From contig WSYG01000004.1 of NCBI GenBank assembly GCA_009773735.1, forward strand, positions 1,932 through 65,931: a stretch of DNA of 64,000 nt, read 5' to 3'. Below, one piece after another: positions 1 to 10,113 of the stretch. The DNA is from Erysipelotrichaceae bacterium (GTDB lineage Bacteria > Bacillota_I > Bacilli_A > Erysipelotrichales > Erysipelotrichaceae). Position numbers and translations under genes: made by a program. Position 1 is the stretch's first letter; each line of letters begins with the position of its first letter. The notes beneath the pieces are model-generated. The model saw nothing but the letters and a program-made list of their open reading frames with translations. It did no database searches and had not been told where the DNA came from.

Positions 1-1151
1 CCTGTTCGTTTACTCAGTTTAAATTCTTCGCCGTCTTTGATCATGCGTGCCATCTGGATGATGTCGACGCTGAGATCTTCTTTTTGATAACCAAGGGCTT
101 GAAAAGCCGCTTGGAGACGGGCAATATACCCATGATGGTCTGCCCCCAGCAGATTCACCAATTTATCGTAACCTCTTTGTTTCTTATTGAGGTGGTACGC
201 AATGTCGGGAAGAATGTAAGTATAGGAGCCATCTGATTTGATTAGGACCCGATCTTTATCATCTTCATAGTCAGTGGTTCTTAAGAATAAAGCCCCTTCT
301 GAAGTGTAAGTATGCCCGTTAGTGATAAGTGTGTCAAGTGTTTTTTTAACTAGTCCTTGATCATATAGTGATTGTTCAGAGGTCCAAACATCAAATTCTA
401 CTCTAAATTTCTTTAAGTCTTCCTTTAATTTATTGGTTTCGGCTTCTAAACCATAATTCCTAAACAAAGGTAAACTTTCGTCTAAGGGTAGATCTTTATA
501 GCTTTCCTGGACTTCGATTTTAAGGTCAGCCGCAATTTCAATCAGATCTTTACCATGGTAACCATCTTCAGGAAGCGCTGCGTTGATTCCACAGGCCTGT
601 AGATAACGGGCTTGGAGTGAACGTGCCATATTGTTGATTTGATTCCCTGCGTCGTTTAAATAGTACTCACGAGTCACTTTAAAGCCAGCTTTACTCATGA
701 TCCGAGTTAAAGAGTCACCAATGGCAGCACCACGAGCATGTCCAGGATGAAGATCACCCGTTGGATTGGCCGATACATATTCGATGTTGAACCAAAGAGG
801 ATCTTGTTGAATGGTTTGACCATAAGTTAGATCGGCTTCAAGAATCAATCCAATGATTTTCGATAGAAATTGCTCATCCATCTTGAAGTTAACAAAACCT
901 GCACCCGCGATCTCTGCACTTTTGATTCCTGCAACCTTAAAATCGATCGCATCGACCAACGTTTGAGCTAAGGCTCTTGGATTTCCTTTTATGATTTTGA
1001 CCAGTCTCATCGCAAGATTGGTAGAATAATCGCCGTGTTCTTTTAGCTTAGGCACTTCAATGATGATGTCATCAAGTGGTAAGTCCAATGAGAAAGCTTT
1101 GTATACCGCATGCTGAAGCTCTGTCTTCAAAGCTTGTTCAATCATGTTCAT
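1..1151 (-). CDS. argS: Arginyl-tRNA synthetase, partial (3' end runs off the window)
   Basis: Not in the ORF track; manual translation from ATG 1151 gives MNMIEQALK...EHGDYSTNLAM...NIEYVSANPTGDLHPGHARGAAIGD (HIGH-like motif)...EYYLNDAGNQI...LLGADHHGY. ATGA overlap with the upstream gene. Confidence 0.96.
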   Translation of the reverse strand, partial: MNMIEQALKTELQHAVYKAFSLDLPLDDIIIEVPKLKEHGDYSTNLAMRLVKIIKGNPRALAQTLVDAIDFKVAGIKSAEIAGAGFVNFKMDEQFLSKIIGLILEADLTYGQTIQQDPLWFNIEYVSANPTGDLHPGHARGAAIGDSLTRIMSKAGFKVTREYYLNDAGNQINNMARSLQARYLQACGINAALPEDGYHGKDLIEIAADLKIEVQESYKDLPLDESLPLFRNYGLEAETNKLKEDLKKFRVEFDVWTSEQSLYDQGLVKKTLDTLITNGHTYTSEGALFLRTTDYEDDKDRVLIKSDGSYTYILPDIAYHLNKKQRGYDKLVNLLGADHHGYIARLQAAFQALGYQKEDLSVDIIQMARMIKDGEEFKLSKRT

Positions 1152-1543
1152 GCTTGTGCTCCCTTCATGGTATATGTCAACGTTTGATACGTGATCACAG
1201 AATCTTCCATGATTAGTTTGTAGGTAATGGAAAGTTGATGGGCATCGATATGATGTTTAAGGATCTTGACTTGTCCGCGCATTTCACCTTGATCACTGAT
1301 GACTCTAAATGTTCCAGAGCCATTAAGTTGAAAAATAATGTGGGTTTGCCATTGCGCATCTCGATGAAGAATCCATTCTGTTTCATTTAGAATAAGGTTT
1401 ACTTTTGTGGTTTGATCCTTCTCAAGATAACTTAAAGATAAGGGTTGGTCATGATAAAGGGCTGAGCATTCATAAGATTGGGTCGGTTCACGATCTAGAT
1501 GATCAATAATTTGTATATGGACAACGATTGAGTGACTCCCCAT
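1148..1543 (-). CDS. DUF1934 / YwiB-like small beta-rich protein
   Basis: 131 aa. Position directly upstream of and coupled to argS matches the ywiB-argS arrangement of Firmicutes; sequence similarity is weak by eye. Confidence 0.55.
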   Translation of the reverse strand: MGSHSIVVHIQIIDHLDREPTQSYECSALYHDQPLSLSYLEKDQTTKVNLILNETEWILHRDAQWQTHIIFQLNGSGTFRVISDQGEMRGQVKILKHHIDAHQLSITYKLIMEDSVITYQTLTYTMKGAQA

Positions 1544-1566
1544 TTATTAACCCTTTACCTGTAAGC

Positions 1567-1594
1567 ATTATAATTAAATCACACGCATTGTCAA
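1567..1594 (-). promoter_or_regulatory. Sigma-A promoter of DUF1934-argS
   Basis: Minus strand TTGACA-16 nt-TATAAT. Confidence 0.65.
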
Positions 1595-1694
1595 GTTAAA
1601 GACGCACATTGATTTAAGTTTACTAAAACATGCCCACTATTAGGACAAATGGTTCTTATATGAATGGTTTTATTGAACAATCAGTCCTATAAAA

Positions 1695-1718
1695 TAAAAG
1701 CGTACTTTTAAGTGCGCT
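1695..1718 (-). terminator. Probable intrinsic terminator after the ABC operon
   Basis: Minus strand AGCGCACTT/AAGTACGCT imperfect stem followed by TTTATTTT. Confidence 0.5.
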
Positions 1719-1722
1719 AGAT

Positions 1723-2520
1723 TTAGATCGTCAAATCTCGTTTAGGATAATAATAAGCACTGGCAACAATCGCAATGACACTAACAACGATGGTAAAAAC
1801 CAGATAGAACATATTTATATTGAGATCTAAGAGTTCAGTGACCCTAAAATATTGGAAAGGCACAAATATCCTTAAGAAATCTGTGTTATCAATGATGCCC
1901 ATGATGACCCCCAACATATAACTGGTCAACATCACTGTCAGTGACAATTGTGAAGACTTCTTGGCATCTTTTAAGAAAGCAGCCATAAAAAATGATATTG
2001 AAAGATAAAACATCATGATAATGAACATCGCAATCATCATATAAGCAAGTTCCATCGTGATTGGTTCATTGGGTGAAACCGTATTGATGATGGCAGCTGA
2101 TGTGCCCCAAGTGACCCCTACAAACACAAGCACGAGGGTCGTTGCGGCAAGTAACTTAACCAAAAGAATTTTCATTCGACTTATGGGTTTGACCATTAAG
2201 AATTCAACTGTTTTATCGCGTTCTTCTTTCGCTAAGATGCCTGATCCAACCATGATCGCAAAGACTGCCCCCATAATGGTGACATAGGCATAGATCATCC
2301 CATAGAATCCACCAAAACTATCGATTGGGATTCCCGCTAAACCAAATATCGCAAAGAATGCTTTAGGCAAGGTATCCATGATTGCCCCGATATCTAAATC
2401 ACCACCAGAAGAAAAGGCCTCATATTTACCGATCCCAGCCCCTACCATAAAAACAATCCCTAAGATCCAAAACAACATTGTTTTTAAATACGACTTTAAC
2501 TCTTGAAGATATAGGTTCAT
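1723..2520 (-). CDS. ABC-2 type exporter permease
   Basis: About 6 TM segments; EERDKTVEFLMVKPISR motif. Confidence 0.88.
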   Translation of the reverse strand: MNLYLQELKSYLKTMLFWILGIVFMVGAGIGKYEAFSSGGDLDIGAIMDTLPKAFFAIFGLAGIPIDSFGGFYGMIYAYVTIMGAVFAIMVGSGILAKEERDKTVEFLMVKPISRMKILLVKLLAATTLVLVFVGVTWGTSAAIINTVSPNEPITMELAYMMIAMFIIMMFYLSISFFMAAFLKDAKKSSQLSLTVMLTSYMLGVIMGIIDNTDFLRIFVPFQYFRVTELLDLNINMFYLVFTIVVSVIAIVASAYYYPKRDLTI

Positions 2521-2528
2521 AGGTCCTC

Positions 2529-3326
2529 CTATACCGCATGGATGTCTTTACGTGTAAAGATCACGTAAGCACCCACCAGTGATACACCAGTCACCAAAGC
2601 CCACATCCCAAGCATTGGCCATTCATATGACGTGTTATAGAAGATATAGTTCTTATCGAACCATTGGAAAGGACTGATGTATCTTAACCAAGGTTCTTCT
2701 AAGATTGCCTGCATCAAATTCATAACGAACAGAGTAAAAACAACAGACATACTGACACCTACAACTGATTTTAATTTTCTAAGTAGGACGGCAATAAAGA
2801 CACCAATGCCTGCGAATAAGATTTGAATCAAGGCCGTGGATAGATTTAATATTAGAAAGGCATTAAAATTAAGCGTTTGATTCTCTACACTACTCAACAT
2901 GATGTAAGACAAGATGGAGACAAATATCCAAGTGATAAACAAATGTGCCCCAATGGCCAAACATTTCTGGATCAATACCGAAGATCGTGACATCGGCTTC
3001 GTTAATATAAAATCAGACATCTTTAAACGTACTTCTTTCCCTACGATCCCTAGTCCTAACATAATGGCTTGAATGGATACGATCAAATGCAGATACATCA
3101 AGATAAACGAATAGAAACCTAGAGCTGTAAACAAGGTATCGATGTGTACACCTAAGCTTCTTAGTACGATCTCAGGTAATCTTTCAAAGATGGGTTTCAT
3201 GATTTCGATTTCTTTAAAATAAACAGGAAAGAAACTCATAAAGATCCCAATCAACAAAGCCAAACCAAAACACCAAGACAAGGTCGACTTTATGGTTTGT
3301 TTGAACTCAAATCTAAAAACATTCAT
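2529..3326 (-). CDS. ABC-2 type exporter permease (paralogue of the previous gene)
   Basis: About 6 TM segments; KEVRLKMSDFILTKPMSR motif; same length and architecture as 1723-2520. Confidence 0.88.
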   Translation of the reverse strand: MNVFRFEFKQTIKSTLSWCFGLALLIGIFMSFFPVYFKEIEIMKPIFERLPEIVLRSLGVHIDTLFTALGFYSFILMYLHLIVSIQAIMLGLGIVGKEVRLKMSDFILTKPMSRSSVLIQKCLAIGAHLFITWIFVSILSYIMLSSVENQTLNFNAFLILNLSTALIQILFAGIGVFIAVLLRKLKSVVGVSMSVVFTLFVMNLMQAILEEPWLRYISPFQWFDKNYIFYNTSYEWPMLGMWALVTGVSLVGAYVIFTRKDIHAV

Positions 3327-3327
3327 A

Positions 3328-4212
3328 TTAAGCCTCCTTCTGATAATAGTGAAGGAAGATTTCTTCCAGCTCAGCTTCGTGAACGTTGACCCTTACTAGA
3401 TCCAAAGCAGACAGCTTTCTCATCAATAAGTTGATGTCCCCTTTGTATAAGAAAGATACTTCGTTGCCCGTTTGAGTCAACTCATTGAGTTTACCTAAAC
3501 CTAGATCTGTGATATCAACAGGAACTCTGCTTTCAAATCCAACTTTAAGATACGCTTCTTCTTTCATATTATGAACAGAGTCGATTTTTACAATGCGACC
3601 TTCTTTGATGATGGCAACGCGATGACACAATTTTTGGACTTCAGATAAGATGTGGGATGAGAATAAGACCGTTGCCCCACGTTTGTTTTCTTCAGCCAAG
3701 ATCTCAAAGAAGATGTTTTGCATCAAAGGATCTAAGCCTGATGTTGGTTCATCCAAAAGGATGAGTTTTGGAGAATGAAGTAAACCTTGGACAATGCCTA
3801 CTTTTTTCTTGTTGCCATAAGATAAATCATCGATTTTTTTATTGAGGTCTAAATCTAAACGTGCTGCCAATTCTTTGATGCGTTGACTGCAGTCTTTTTT
3901 ATAGAAACTTGCGGAATAATTGAGCAGTTCCTTAACTTTCATATTGTCGTAATAAAATACTTCAGACGGAAGATAGCCAATTTCTTGATGGATCTCTTTC
4001 GCATGCATGATCACGTCTTTCCCAAAGATCGTAGCGGAACCTGATGTTGGATGAATCAGAGCCAACAATGTTCTGATGGATGTTGATTTGCCTGCCCCGT
4101 TGGGTCCAATGAATCCAAAGATTTCGCCTTCTTCAACAGTGAGATCAACTTCGATGATGCCTCTTGATTTTCCATAATACTTCGTTAGCTTCTTGGTTTC
4201 AATAACAGCCAT
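3328..4212 (-). CDS. ABC exporter ATP-binding protein
   Basis: Walker A GPNGAGKS, signature LSYGN, Walker B LILLDEPT, SSH switch. Confidence 0.95.
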   Translation of the reverse strand: MAVIETKKLTKYYGKSRGIIEVDLTVEEGEIFGFIGPNGAGKSTSIRTLLALIHPTSGSATIFGKDVIMHAKEIHQEIGYLPSEVFYYDNMKVKELLNYSASFYKKDCSQRIKELAARLDLDLNKKIDDLSYGNKKKVGIVQGLLHSPKLILLDEPTSGLDPLMQNIFFEILAEENKRGATVLFSSHILSEVQKLCHRVAIIKEGRIVKIDSVHNMKEEAYLKVGFESRVPVDITDLGLGKLNELTQTGNEVSFLYKGDINLLMRKLSALDLVRVNVHEAELEEIFLHYYQKEA

Positions 4213-4304
4213 GATCTTCTTCCTCCCTATGGTTTTAGTGATAACTTCACAAAATTCTCTATATCAATAAGTATAAACCTGCTCCTATAAAAAGCGTATA
4301 AATT

Positions 4305-5549
4305 TTACGCTTTGAATTGATTCATAAAATTTTCAATATCTTCGATCGACTTTAGGATTTGTGGTGATAAGATTTCGCATCCGTTCTCTGTCACCAACAC
4401 ATCATCTTCAATTCTAACCCCAATGCCTTCTATGGCACTATATAACCCAGGTTCAACTGTAATGACCATGCCTGGTTTTAAACTCAAACCTTCAATGTGT
4501 CCCACATCATGGGTATCTAAACCCAAGAAGTGAGATACACCATGATAATAGACAGTATCGATCTTAGAGGCATCTTCGATGATCTTGGCTTCAACGCAAG
4601 ATTTTGCATAGATTTGTTTAACAACCATATTGAGCTCACCTAATGATAGTCCAGGTTTAATCGCTTTGAATACAGCTTGTTGAGCTTCTAGGACAATTGA
4701 ATAGAATGTTTTTTGACGATCTGTAAATTTTCCATTGATGGGGAATGTACGTGAAATATCTGCACAGTAATGATGATATGTAGCCCCTAAATCCAATAGA
4801 ATCAATTCTCCATCAACTAAGGTCTTTTGGTTACTGACATAGTGTAACGTACACGCATTCTCTCCTGAAGCTGCGATGGTATCAAACGCATTGTCGCTGT
4901 TTTCTAAAGCCAAGGTGTGATTAAAGTCAGCGACGACTTCATATTCCTTGCGTCCTGCTTTTAACTTGGATAATGCATTCTCTAAGGCTTTATGGGTGAT
5001 TTCGATGGCTTGTTTGATCGCATCGATTTCTTCTGGGGTTTTGATACATCTGAGTTCATTGATCCTGTGATTGAGATTGGATACTTTAAGGCCGGGGTAT
5101 AGTTTATGGATCTTTCGACCAAAAGCTTCGCCTTCCATCATTCTGCCATTGAGCGAATCTCTTTCTGTGTCAACATACAAATGAATTAAGTCATTGCGAT
5201 CAATTGTTCTTGCTAGTGTAGATTCATAGGCAGACAAAGACAAAACTTGAGTGATTCCACTGATGGTCCTAGCTTCTTCTGATTTGATGGATTTCCCAAC
5301 CCATTTCTCCATAAGAGGATTATCATCTTTGATAAACAAGAATTCTTTTAGTCCAGACTGTGTTTTTAAAAGAACCAAGATAAGGCTATCTTCATCTAAT
5401 CCTGTTAAGTAAAAGAAATTACGATTTACACTGAAAGGATAGGTTGAATCCGCTGAACGTTTAATCAGATCACCTGAAAAAAGCACAGCGATACTTCCCA
5501 TTTCCATTGATTTTAATACATCTAAACGTCTTTCTACAGCTCTGTTCAT
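4305..5549 (-). CDS. pepP: Xaa-Pro aminopeptidase (M24B)
   Basis: AMP_N-like N-terminus; LLDLG, ADISRT, HGVSHFLGLDTHD, TVEPG, GVRIEDD metal-site motifs. Confidence 0.92.
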   Translation of the reverse strand: MNRAVERRLDVLKSMEMGSIAVLFSGDLIKRSADSTYPFSVNRNFFYLTGLDEDSLILVLLKTQSGLKEFLFIKDDNPLMEKWVGKSIKSEEARTISGITQVLSLSAYESTLARTIDRNDLIHLYVDTERDSLNGRMMEGEAFGRKIHKLYPGLKVSNLNHRINELRCIKTPEEIDAIKQAIEITHKALENALSKLKAGRKEYEVVADFNHTLALENSDNAFDTIAASGENACTLHYVSNQKTLVDGELILLDLGATYHHYCADISRTFPINGKFTDRQKTFYSIVLEAQQAVFKAIKPGLSLGELNMVVKQIYAKSCVEAKIIEDASKIDTVYYHGVSHFLGLDTHDVGHIEGLSLKPGMVITVEPGLYSAIEGIGVRIEDDVLVTENGCEILSPQILKSIEDIENFMNQFKA

Positions 5550-6754
5550 AAGATCTCCTTTGGGAAATAGACTTTCTTATCGTCTTTTGGTTTGGCCGCT
5601 ACAATGGCTGCTACAATATTGGATACTTGAGACAACTCTTTGATGGTGCCATCTATTAAAGTGATGTAAATCAAGGATTCATCTTCTTGGTAAGGACTAT
5701 AAGGCCTAGAAGACATCTCATCTTGGTAGAAATAATAACGACTGTCATACGTTTTTTCAACTTTTTGACGTATGACGTTTCGTTCATCTTCGTTTTTAAC
5801 ATCGACATAACCAAACAATCTTCGATTCAATAAACGTTCAGCCAGATCTTTTAAGATTGGATCTTGTTCAACACTGGCCATATGAAAGCCCGCAAAGCAC
5901 GTTGATTCATCCAAGTGATAGAACGGATCGAGTTCAACTTTTCCCAGCAAGAATCTAAACATGGGGTATCGTTGTGTGATCGAAGGATCACTCTTGGTTA
6001 GATCGACCCATCGTTTAAAGAAAGCGATCAAGATGGCTTCAACAGCTCTTCCTACCGGATGATAATAGACTTGGTAATACATATGATATCTGGCCATGAT
6101 GTAGTCTTCTATGCTGTGTATTCCGCTTTCTTTGACAGTTAACTTATCCCCATTGACCACAAAGGTACGTAAGATTCGCTCTAAGTCATATTTTCCGTAT
6201 GATGTTCCTGTAAAATAGGCATCTCTTAAGAGGTAATCCATACGATCCGCATCCAATTGACTGGATACAAATTGACTTAGTACAGCTTTAGGATGAGTAT
6301 GACTCAAAATAGAAGCCACGACTTTTGATAATCCGCTTTGAGCTTTCTCCAACACACGATGAACTTCTGAATCTTCAAGGATGATTTTTTGGGTGATGTC
6401 TTCATGGTGAACCTTTGAGATTACTTCAAAGATATGACTAAAAGGACCATGTCCGATATCGTGTAGTAAAGCAGCAGCCATGACTGCAATCTTATCTTCT
6501 TCATTTAAGATCTCATCGATCCCATTGATCTCATTGACCATTCTACGTACGATCTCATACACACCTAATGCGTGTGAAAAACGTGAATGTTCAGCAGTAT
6601 GATACACCTGGTACGTGGTTCCCAACTGATGGATACGTTTTAGTCTTTGAACTTCTCTACATGCTAAAAGGTCCCAGATGAGCTGATCTTCAATATGGAT
6701 ATATTCATGGATAGGGTCTCTTAAGACCTTAGATTCACTTGTTTTATTTAGCAT
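5546..6754 (-). CDS. HD-domain phosphohydrolase (YwfO / dNTP triphosphohydrolase-like)
   Basis: RDPIH, QRLKRIHQLG, HSRFSHALG, LLHDIGHGPFSH, DADRMDYLLRD. Confidence 0.9.
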   Translation of the reverse strand: MLNKTSESKVLRDPIHEYIHIEDQLIWDLLACREVQRLKRIHQLGTTYQVYHTAEHSRFSHALGVYEIVRRMVNEINGIDEILNEEDKIAVMAAALLHDIGHGPFSHIFEVISKVHHEDITQKIILEDSEVHRVLEKAQSGLSKVVASILSHTHPKAVLSQFVSSQLDADRMDYLLRDAYFTGTSYGKYDLERILRTFVVNGDKLTVKESGIHSIEDYIMARYHMYYQVYYHPVGRAVEAILIAFFKRWVDLTKSDPSITQRYPMFRFLLGKVELDPFYHLDESTCFAGFHMASVEQDPILKDLAERLLNRRLFGYVDVKNEDERNVIRQKVEKTYDSRYYFYQDEMSSRPYSPYQEDESLIYITLIDGTIKELSQVSNIVAAIVAAKPKDDKKVYFPKEIL

Positions 6755-7224
6755 ATTTCTTCCAATAAAACCACTGCTTGAGCAACGACCCCTTCTTCAT
6801 GACCAATAAAGCCCAGTCCTTCACCACGCGTTGCCTTGATGTTGAGCTGATCATTTTGACACTGTAATATGGCACATAAGTTTTCTTTCATGGCCAATAT
6901 ATGAGGCGCCATCTTTGGCTTCTCAATGAGGATCAAAGCATCTATATTACCAACCTTATAGTTTCTTTGATTCATCATGAGCACTACTTCTTGTAGGATC
7001 AATAAAGAACGAATGCCTTTGTATTTAGGATCAGTATCAGGAAAGTGTTTCCCCAAATCACCTAGAGCCAAAGCTCCTAAAATCGCTTCAGCGATCACAT
7101 GAGTTAACGCATCCGCATCAGAATGTCCTAAACAACCTTTATTGTGCTCGATTAAAACGCCCCCTAAAATAAGGGGTCTGCCTTCTACCAAAGGATGTAT
7201 GTCTGTTGATTGTCCAATTCTCAT
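6748..7224 (-). CDS. ispF: 2-C-methyl-D-erythritol 2,4-cyclodiphosphate synthase (MEP pathway)
   Basis: MRIGQSTDIH, GHSDAD, GDLGKHFPDTD, NIKAT motifs. Confidence 0.96.
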   Translation of the reverse strand: MRIGQSTDIHPLVEGRPLILGGVLIEHNKGCLGHSDADALTHVIAEAILGALALGDLGKHFPDTDPKYKGIRSLLILQEVVLMMNQRNYKVGNIDALILIEKPKMAPHILAMKENLCAILQCQNDQLNIKATRGEGLGFIGHEEGVVAQAVVLLEEIC

Positions 7225-7327
7225 AGTGGCCTCGCCTTATCATTATACCATCTCATCATTATGCTTTGTTTGTTTGTGATTTGACAGCACTTTTTATTAT
7301 GCTTTATTCCTGTGATAAAATATGTCC

Positions 7328-8077
7328 ATGAAAATCATGACCTTTAATCTACGCTATGACAATGAATCCGATGGATTCAACAGTTGGTCACTTCGAAAAG
7401 AGCCTTTATTAAAGATGATTCATAAACACCAAGCGGATGTGATAGGTACTCAAGAAACCACCGATCGTATTTATGCCACTTTAAAAGATCATTTCCATGA
7501 ATATGAAATTATTGGTGATGGGCGAGAAAGTAATCGTTTGGGTGAACGTTGTAGTGTCATGATCAAAAAGGACAAATATAAAGTACTTAAGAGTGAAACT
7601 GTTTGGTTAAACGGAGATTTTTATAAAGCAGGAGACAAAGATGAAGAAGAAGGATTTCCTAGGATCTGTACGATGGTTTTGATTCAAGATAAACAGAGTT
7701 TAGAAAAGACAAGGATCTTTAATACTCATCTTGCCTATCGATCAGAAATAGCCATCGTTAATAATGGTAAGTATCTTCTTAAATACATCAAACATTTTGA
7801 ACATACCAAGATTCCTTTTGTCTTAATGGGAGATTTCAATGTTGAAATCGACCATCCACTTCATAAACTTTTGTTAGAAAACTTCAAAGAGGCCTATATG
7901 ACCCTTAAGATCAAACGTCCCAATACTTTTCATGGATATCTAGATCCTTTAGGGATATCTCCAATTGATTTCATTTATACCAACTCTTTAACTTTTAAAT
8001 CCATTGAAACAGATCAATCACTTATAGATGATCATTATCCTTCTGATCATTACCCATTGATTGCGGAGCTCCAATGA
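7328..8077 (+). CDS. Endonuclease/exonuclease/phosphatase (EEP) family protein
   Basis: MKIMTFNLR, GTQE, NTHL, GDFN, IDFI, SDHYP. Start moved from 7322 to ATG 7328, 6 nt after TGnTAAAAT. Confidence 0.88.
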   Translation: MKIMTFNLRYDNESDGFNSWSLRKEPLLKMIHKHQADVIGTQETTDRIYATLKDHFHEYEIIGDGRESNRLGERCSVMIKKDKYKVLKSETVWLNGDFYKAGDKDEEEGFPRICTMVLIQDKQSLEKTRIFNTHLAYRSEIAIVNNGKYLLKYIKHFEHTKIPFVLMGDFNVEIDHPLHKLLLENFKEAYMTLKIKRPNTFHGYLDPLGISPIDFIYTNSLTFKSIETDQSLIDDHYPSDHYPLIAELQ

Positions 8078-8523
8078 ATATCACTTTACGTCAAGCTAAG
8101 CCATCAGATACCCCAATCATTCTGTCCCTAATCAAAGCATTGGCACAGGTTGAACGTCTCTCTGATCGTGTCTTTGCGACTGTTGAAGAACTTGAAAAAG
8201 CTTTGTTTGAAAGACAAGAAGCTTATGTCATATTGGCTGAACTTGATCAACACGTCGTTGGGTTTGCCTTGTATTTCTATAATTTTTCAACCTTTTTAGG
8301 TAAGAAGGGTTTATACATGGAAGATCTGTTTGTCTTAGAAGAAGCCAGAAATAAAGGCATAGGTAAAGCCCTCTTTCAACAGTGTATCCACATCGCTAAA
8401 ACAGAAGGTTGTGGAAGAATGGAATGGTCAGTTTTAGATTGGAATGAACCTTCAATTGAGTTCTACATTAAACAAGGTGCACAGCCTATGCAAGATTGGA
8501 CTGTGTATCGACTTGAGTTCTAA
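8074..8523 (+). CDS. GNAT acetyltransferase (spermidine/diamine acetyltransferase-like)
   Basis: FSTFLGKKGLYMEDLFV, RNKGIGKAL, EWSVLDWNEPSIEFY. Confidence 0.88.
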   Translation: MNITLRQAKPSDTPIILSLIKALAQVERLSDRVFATVEELEKALFERQEAYVILAELDQHVVGFALYFYNFSTFLGKKGLYMEDLFVLEEARNKGIGKALFQQCIHIAKTEGCGRMEWSVLDWNEPSIEFYIKQGAQPMQDWTVYRLEF

Positions 8524-8527
8524 ACAC

Positions 8528-8552
8528 AAAAAAACCGAAATTTCGGTTTTTT
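8528..8552. terminator. Bidirectional intrinsic terminator between convergent genes
   Basis: AAAAAAACCGAAA / TTTCGGTTTTTT inverted repeat. Confidence 0.75.
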
Positions 8553-8567
8553 ACATGAATTCATTAT

Positions 8568-9968
8568 TTATGGTTTTAATCTTATGTTTTTACGATCTAA
8601 ATAAGGTACTAATATACTCTCACACTCTGTTGCACTTAGATAAGGTTTCAACTGTACGTTCCTGCCATCTTTATACACTAAGATAAAATGATCATAATCG
8701 ATTGCCTCTCCTTGAGAATCCGTTAATGTTTCACGATAAGAGACCTGAGCCAATTGATTATAGAACTGATCTTGAGTAGGGGGAAGCCATAAGAATGATG
8801 GTTGAAGTGTAAAATGGCCATGGTAGAAGACAAGGATGTTGGTTCCATTCCAAGAGCCAACCAGAAGCATCAATAAGATGGCTATGAAGGAAACAAGTTT
8901 AAGTCGCTTGGTGTTTGAACTGTGCTTGTATCGATAATCATAGCCCTTATAGAGCTCATGATCATCTGGATAAATCATTTGATGAGATAAAGGCAAGCCC
9001 CAAATTGCCCCAAATAAAGTCGCAATAAGTACAGGGATGACCCCAATCCATAAGTTAACGCCAGTTTTATATTGGCTTTCCAAGGTAATGATCCAATGTG
9101 AGAAACCCATCGCAAAATATACCGCAATCGCCATCATAACTACCATGAACAGATAAGACAAACCATAGCTTGCTTTCATCTGTTGATGATACTTATCTTT
9201 TTTAGTTGAATCCTTATAGTGATAATTCTGGTTGATTAGACGAGGAAGCACATCGAATTGCCCATGAGACCCTAAACTTAAACGAGATTTTAATTCGTTG
9301 ATGATGTTTTGTTCATAGTCACTTAATGGGAGCTTTGTTTGTTGATAAGCATCTAAACTTTCTTGATTTTGTCTCAATAAGAATTGCTTGTAAGCAGGTA
9401 ACATCATCAGTGTCATTTTATAATCTAAAACTGCTTTATTGACACTGGGTGTTATTTGATCGATGGATCCAACCAGAGACTTGTGATCTTCAGTTAACTT
9501 ACTTAAAAACTGCTTTGTCCTATTGGGATTTGATGCTATTTCTTTTAAGCGAGATTGATAATGTCTAAATAGGCTTAATAGAGATTCAATGGCTTCTATA
9601 ACCAAGTTATCTGATAAGCAATCCATATAAAGGAAAGGTGTAAAATCATCTGAGTCCATCATCGCATCAAAAGGAAATACCCAAGTTTGACCATCAACTT
9701 TTAACGTAAAATCCATTTTAATGATACAGGCTGGTGAATCTGATTTTTCTAGTTGTGGTATGAAATTGATATCTAAACCATATTCAGAATAATCAATTTT
9801 TGCTTCGATCTTAATTAAGCCATCTGCTTCATTTTGAGGTGAACGATAAACTCTTTCTCTAGATTTGACACTGCCTTGAGTCATTCTCGCAAAACGTATG
9901 ACTTCAAGTTCATAAGCTTTAAATATTCTTTCAAAATATCTTTCATATTTTAGAGATGTTTTATTCAT
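8568..9968 (-). CDS. Hypothetical membrane protein (soluble N-terminal half, about 3 C-terminal TM segments)
   Basis: Long ORF. Start moved to ATG 9968 (MNKTS), which follows GGAG; the track start at 10103 lies inside a terminator hairpin. Confidence 0.65.
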   Translation of the reverse strand: MNKTSLKYERYFERIFKAYELEVIRFARMTQGSVKSRERVYRSPQNEADGLIKIEAKIDYSEYGLDINFIPQLEKSDSPACIIKMDFTLKVDGQTWVFPFDAMMDSDDFTPFLYMDCLSDNLVIEAIESLLSLFRHYQSRLKEIASNPNRTKQFLSKLTEDHKSLVGSIDQITPSVNKAVLDYKMTLMMLPAYKQFLLRQNQESLDAYQQTKLPLSDYEQNIINELKSRLSLGSHGQFDVLPRLINQNYHYKDSTKKDKYHQQMKASYGLSYLFMVVMMAIAVYFAMGFSHWIITLESQYKTGVNLWIGVIPVLIATLFGAIWGLPLSHQMIYPDDHELYKGYDYRYKHSSNTKRLKLVSFIAILLMLLVGSWNGTNILVFYHGHFTLQPSFLWLPPTQDQFYNQLAQVSYRETLTDSQGEAIDYDHFILVYKDGRNVQLKPYLSATECESILVPYLDRKNIRLKP

Positions 9969-10093
9969 AGTGCTCCAGTCAGATCTAGGTTGATGCGTAA
10001 GGCGAAATTCTACAACACCATTATCACCCATAAATGCATGGGTTGCACTATAAAAAAGATAATCTTGCCTAAAAATAATACTTGAATATAAAG

Positions 10094-10113
10094 AAAAACC
10101 CATACGGGTTTTT
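10094..10113 (-). terminator. Intrinsic terminator after darA
   Basis: AAAAACCC-ATAC-GGGTTTTT inverted repeat at the darA stop. Confidence 0.6.

Noticed and set aside
1562..1579. ARG-box-like 18-mer over the -10 of the DUF1934-argS promoter
   Set aside because: Two core mismatches, single copy, AT-rich background; cannot be separated from chance.
8727..8742. TGTTTCACG partial parS match
   Set aside because: The right half does not match the palindrome.
9969..10103. Track N-terminal extensions (also on the CDF, arsC, EIIA, msrA, lipoprotein and recR ORFs)
   Set aside because: They overlap terminators, a riboswitch or upstream genes; downstream starts have better SD sites or family-typical N-termini.
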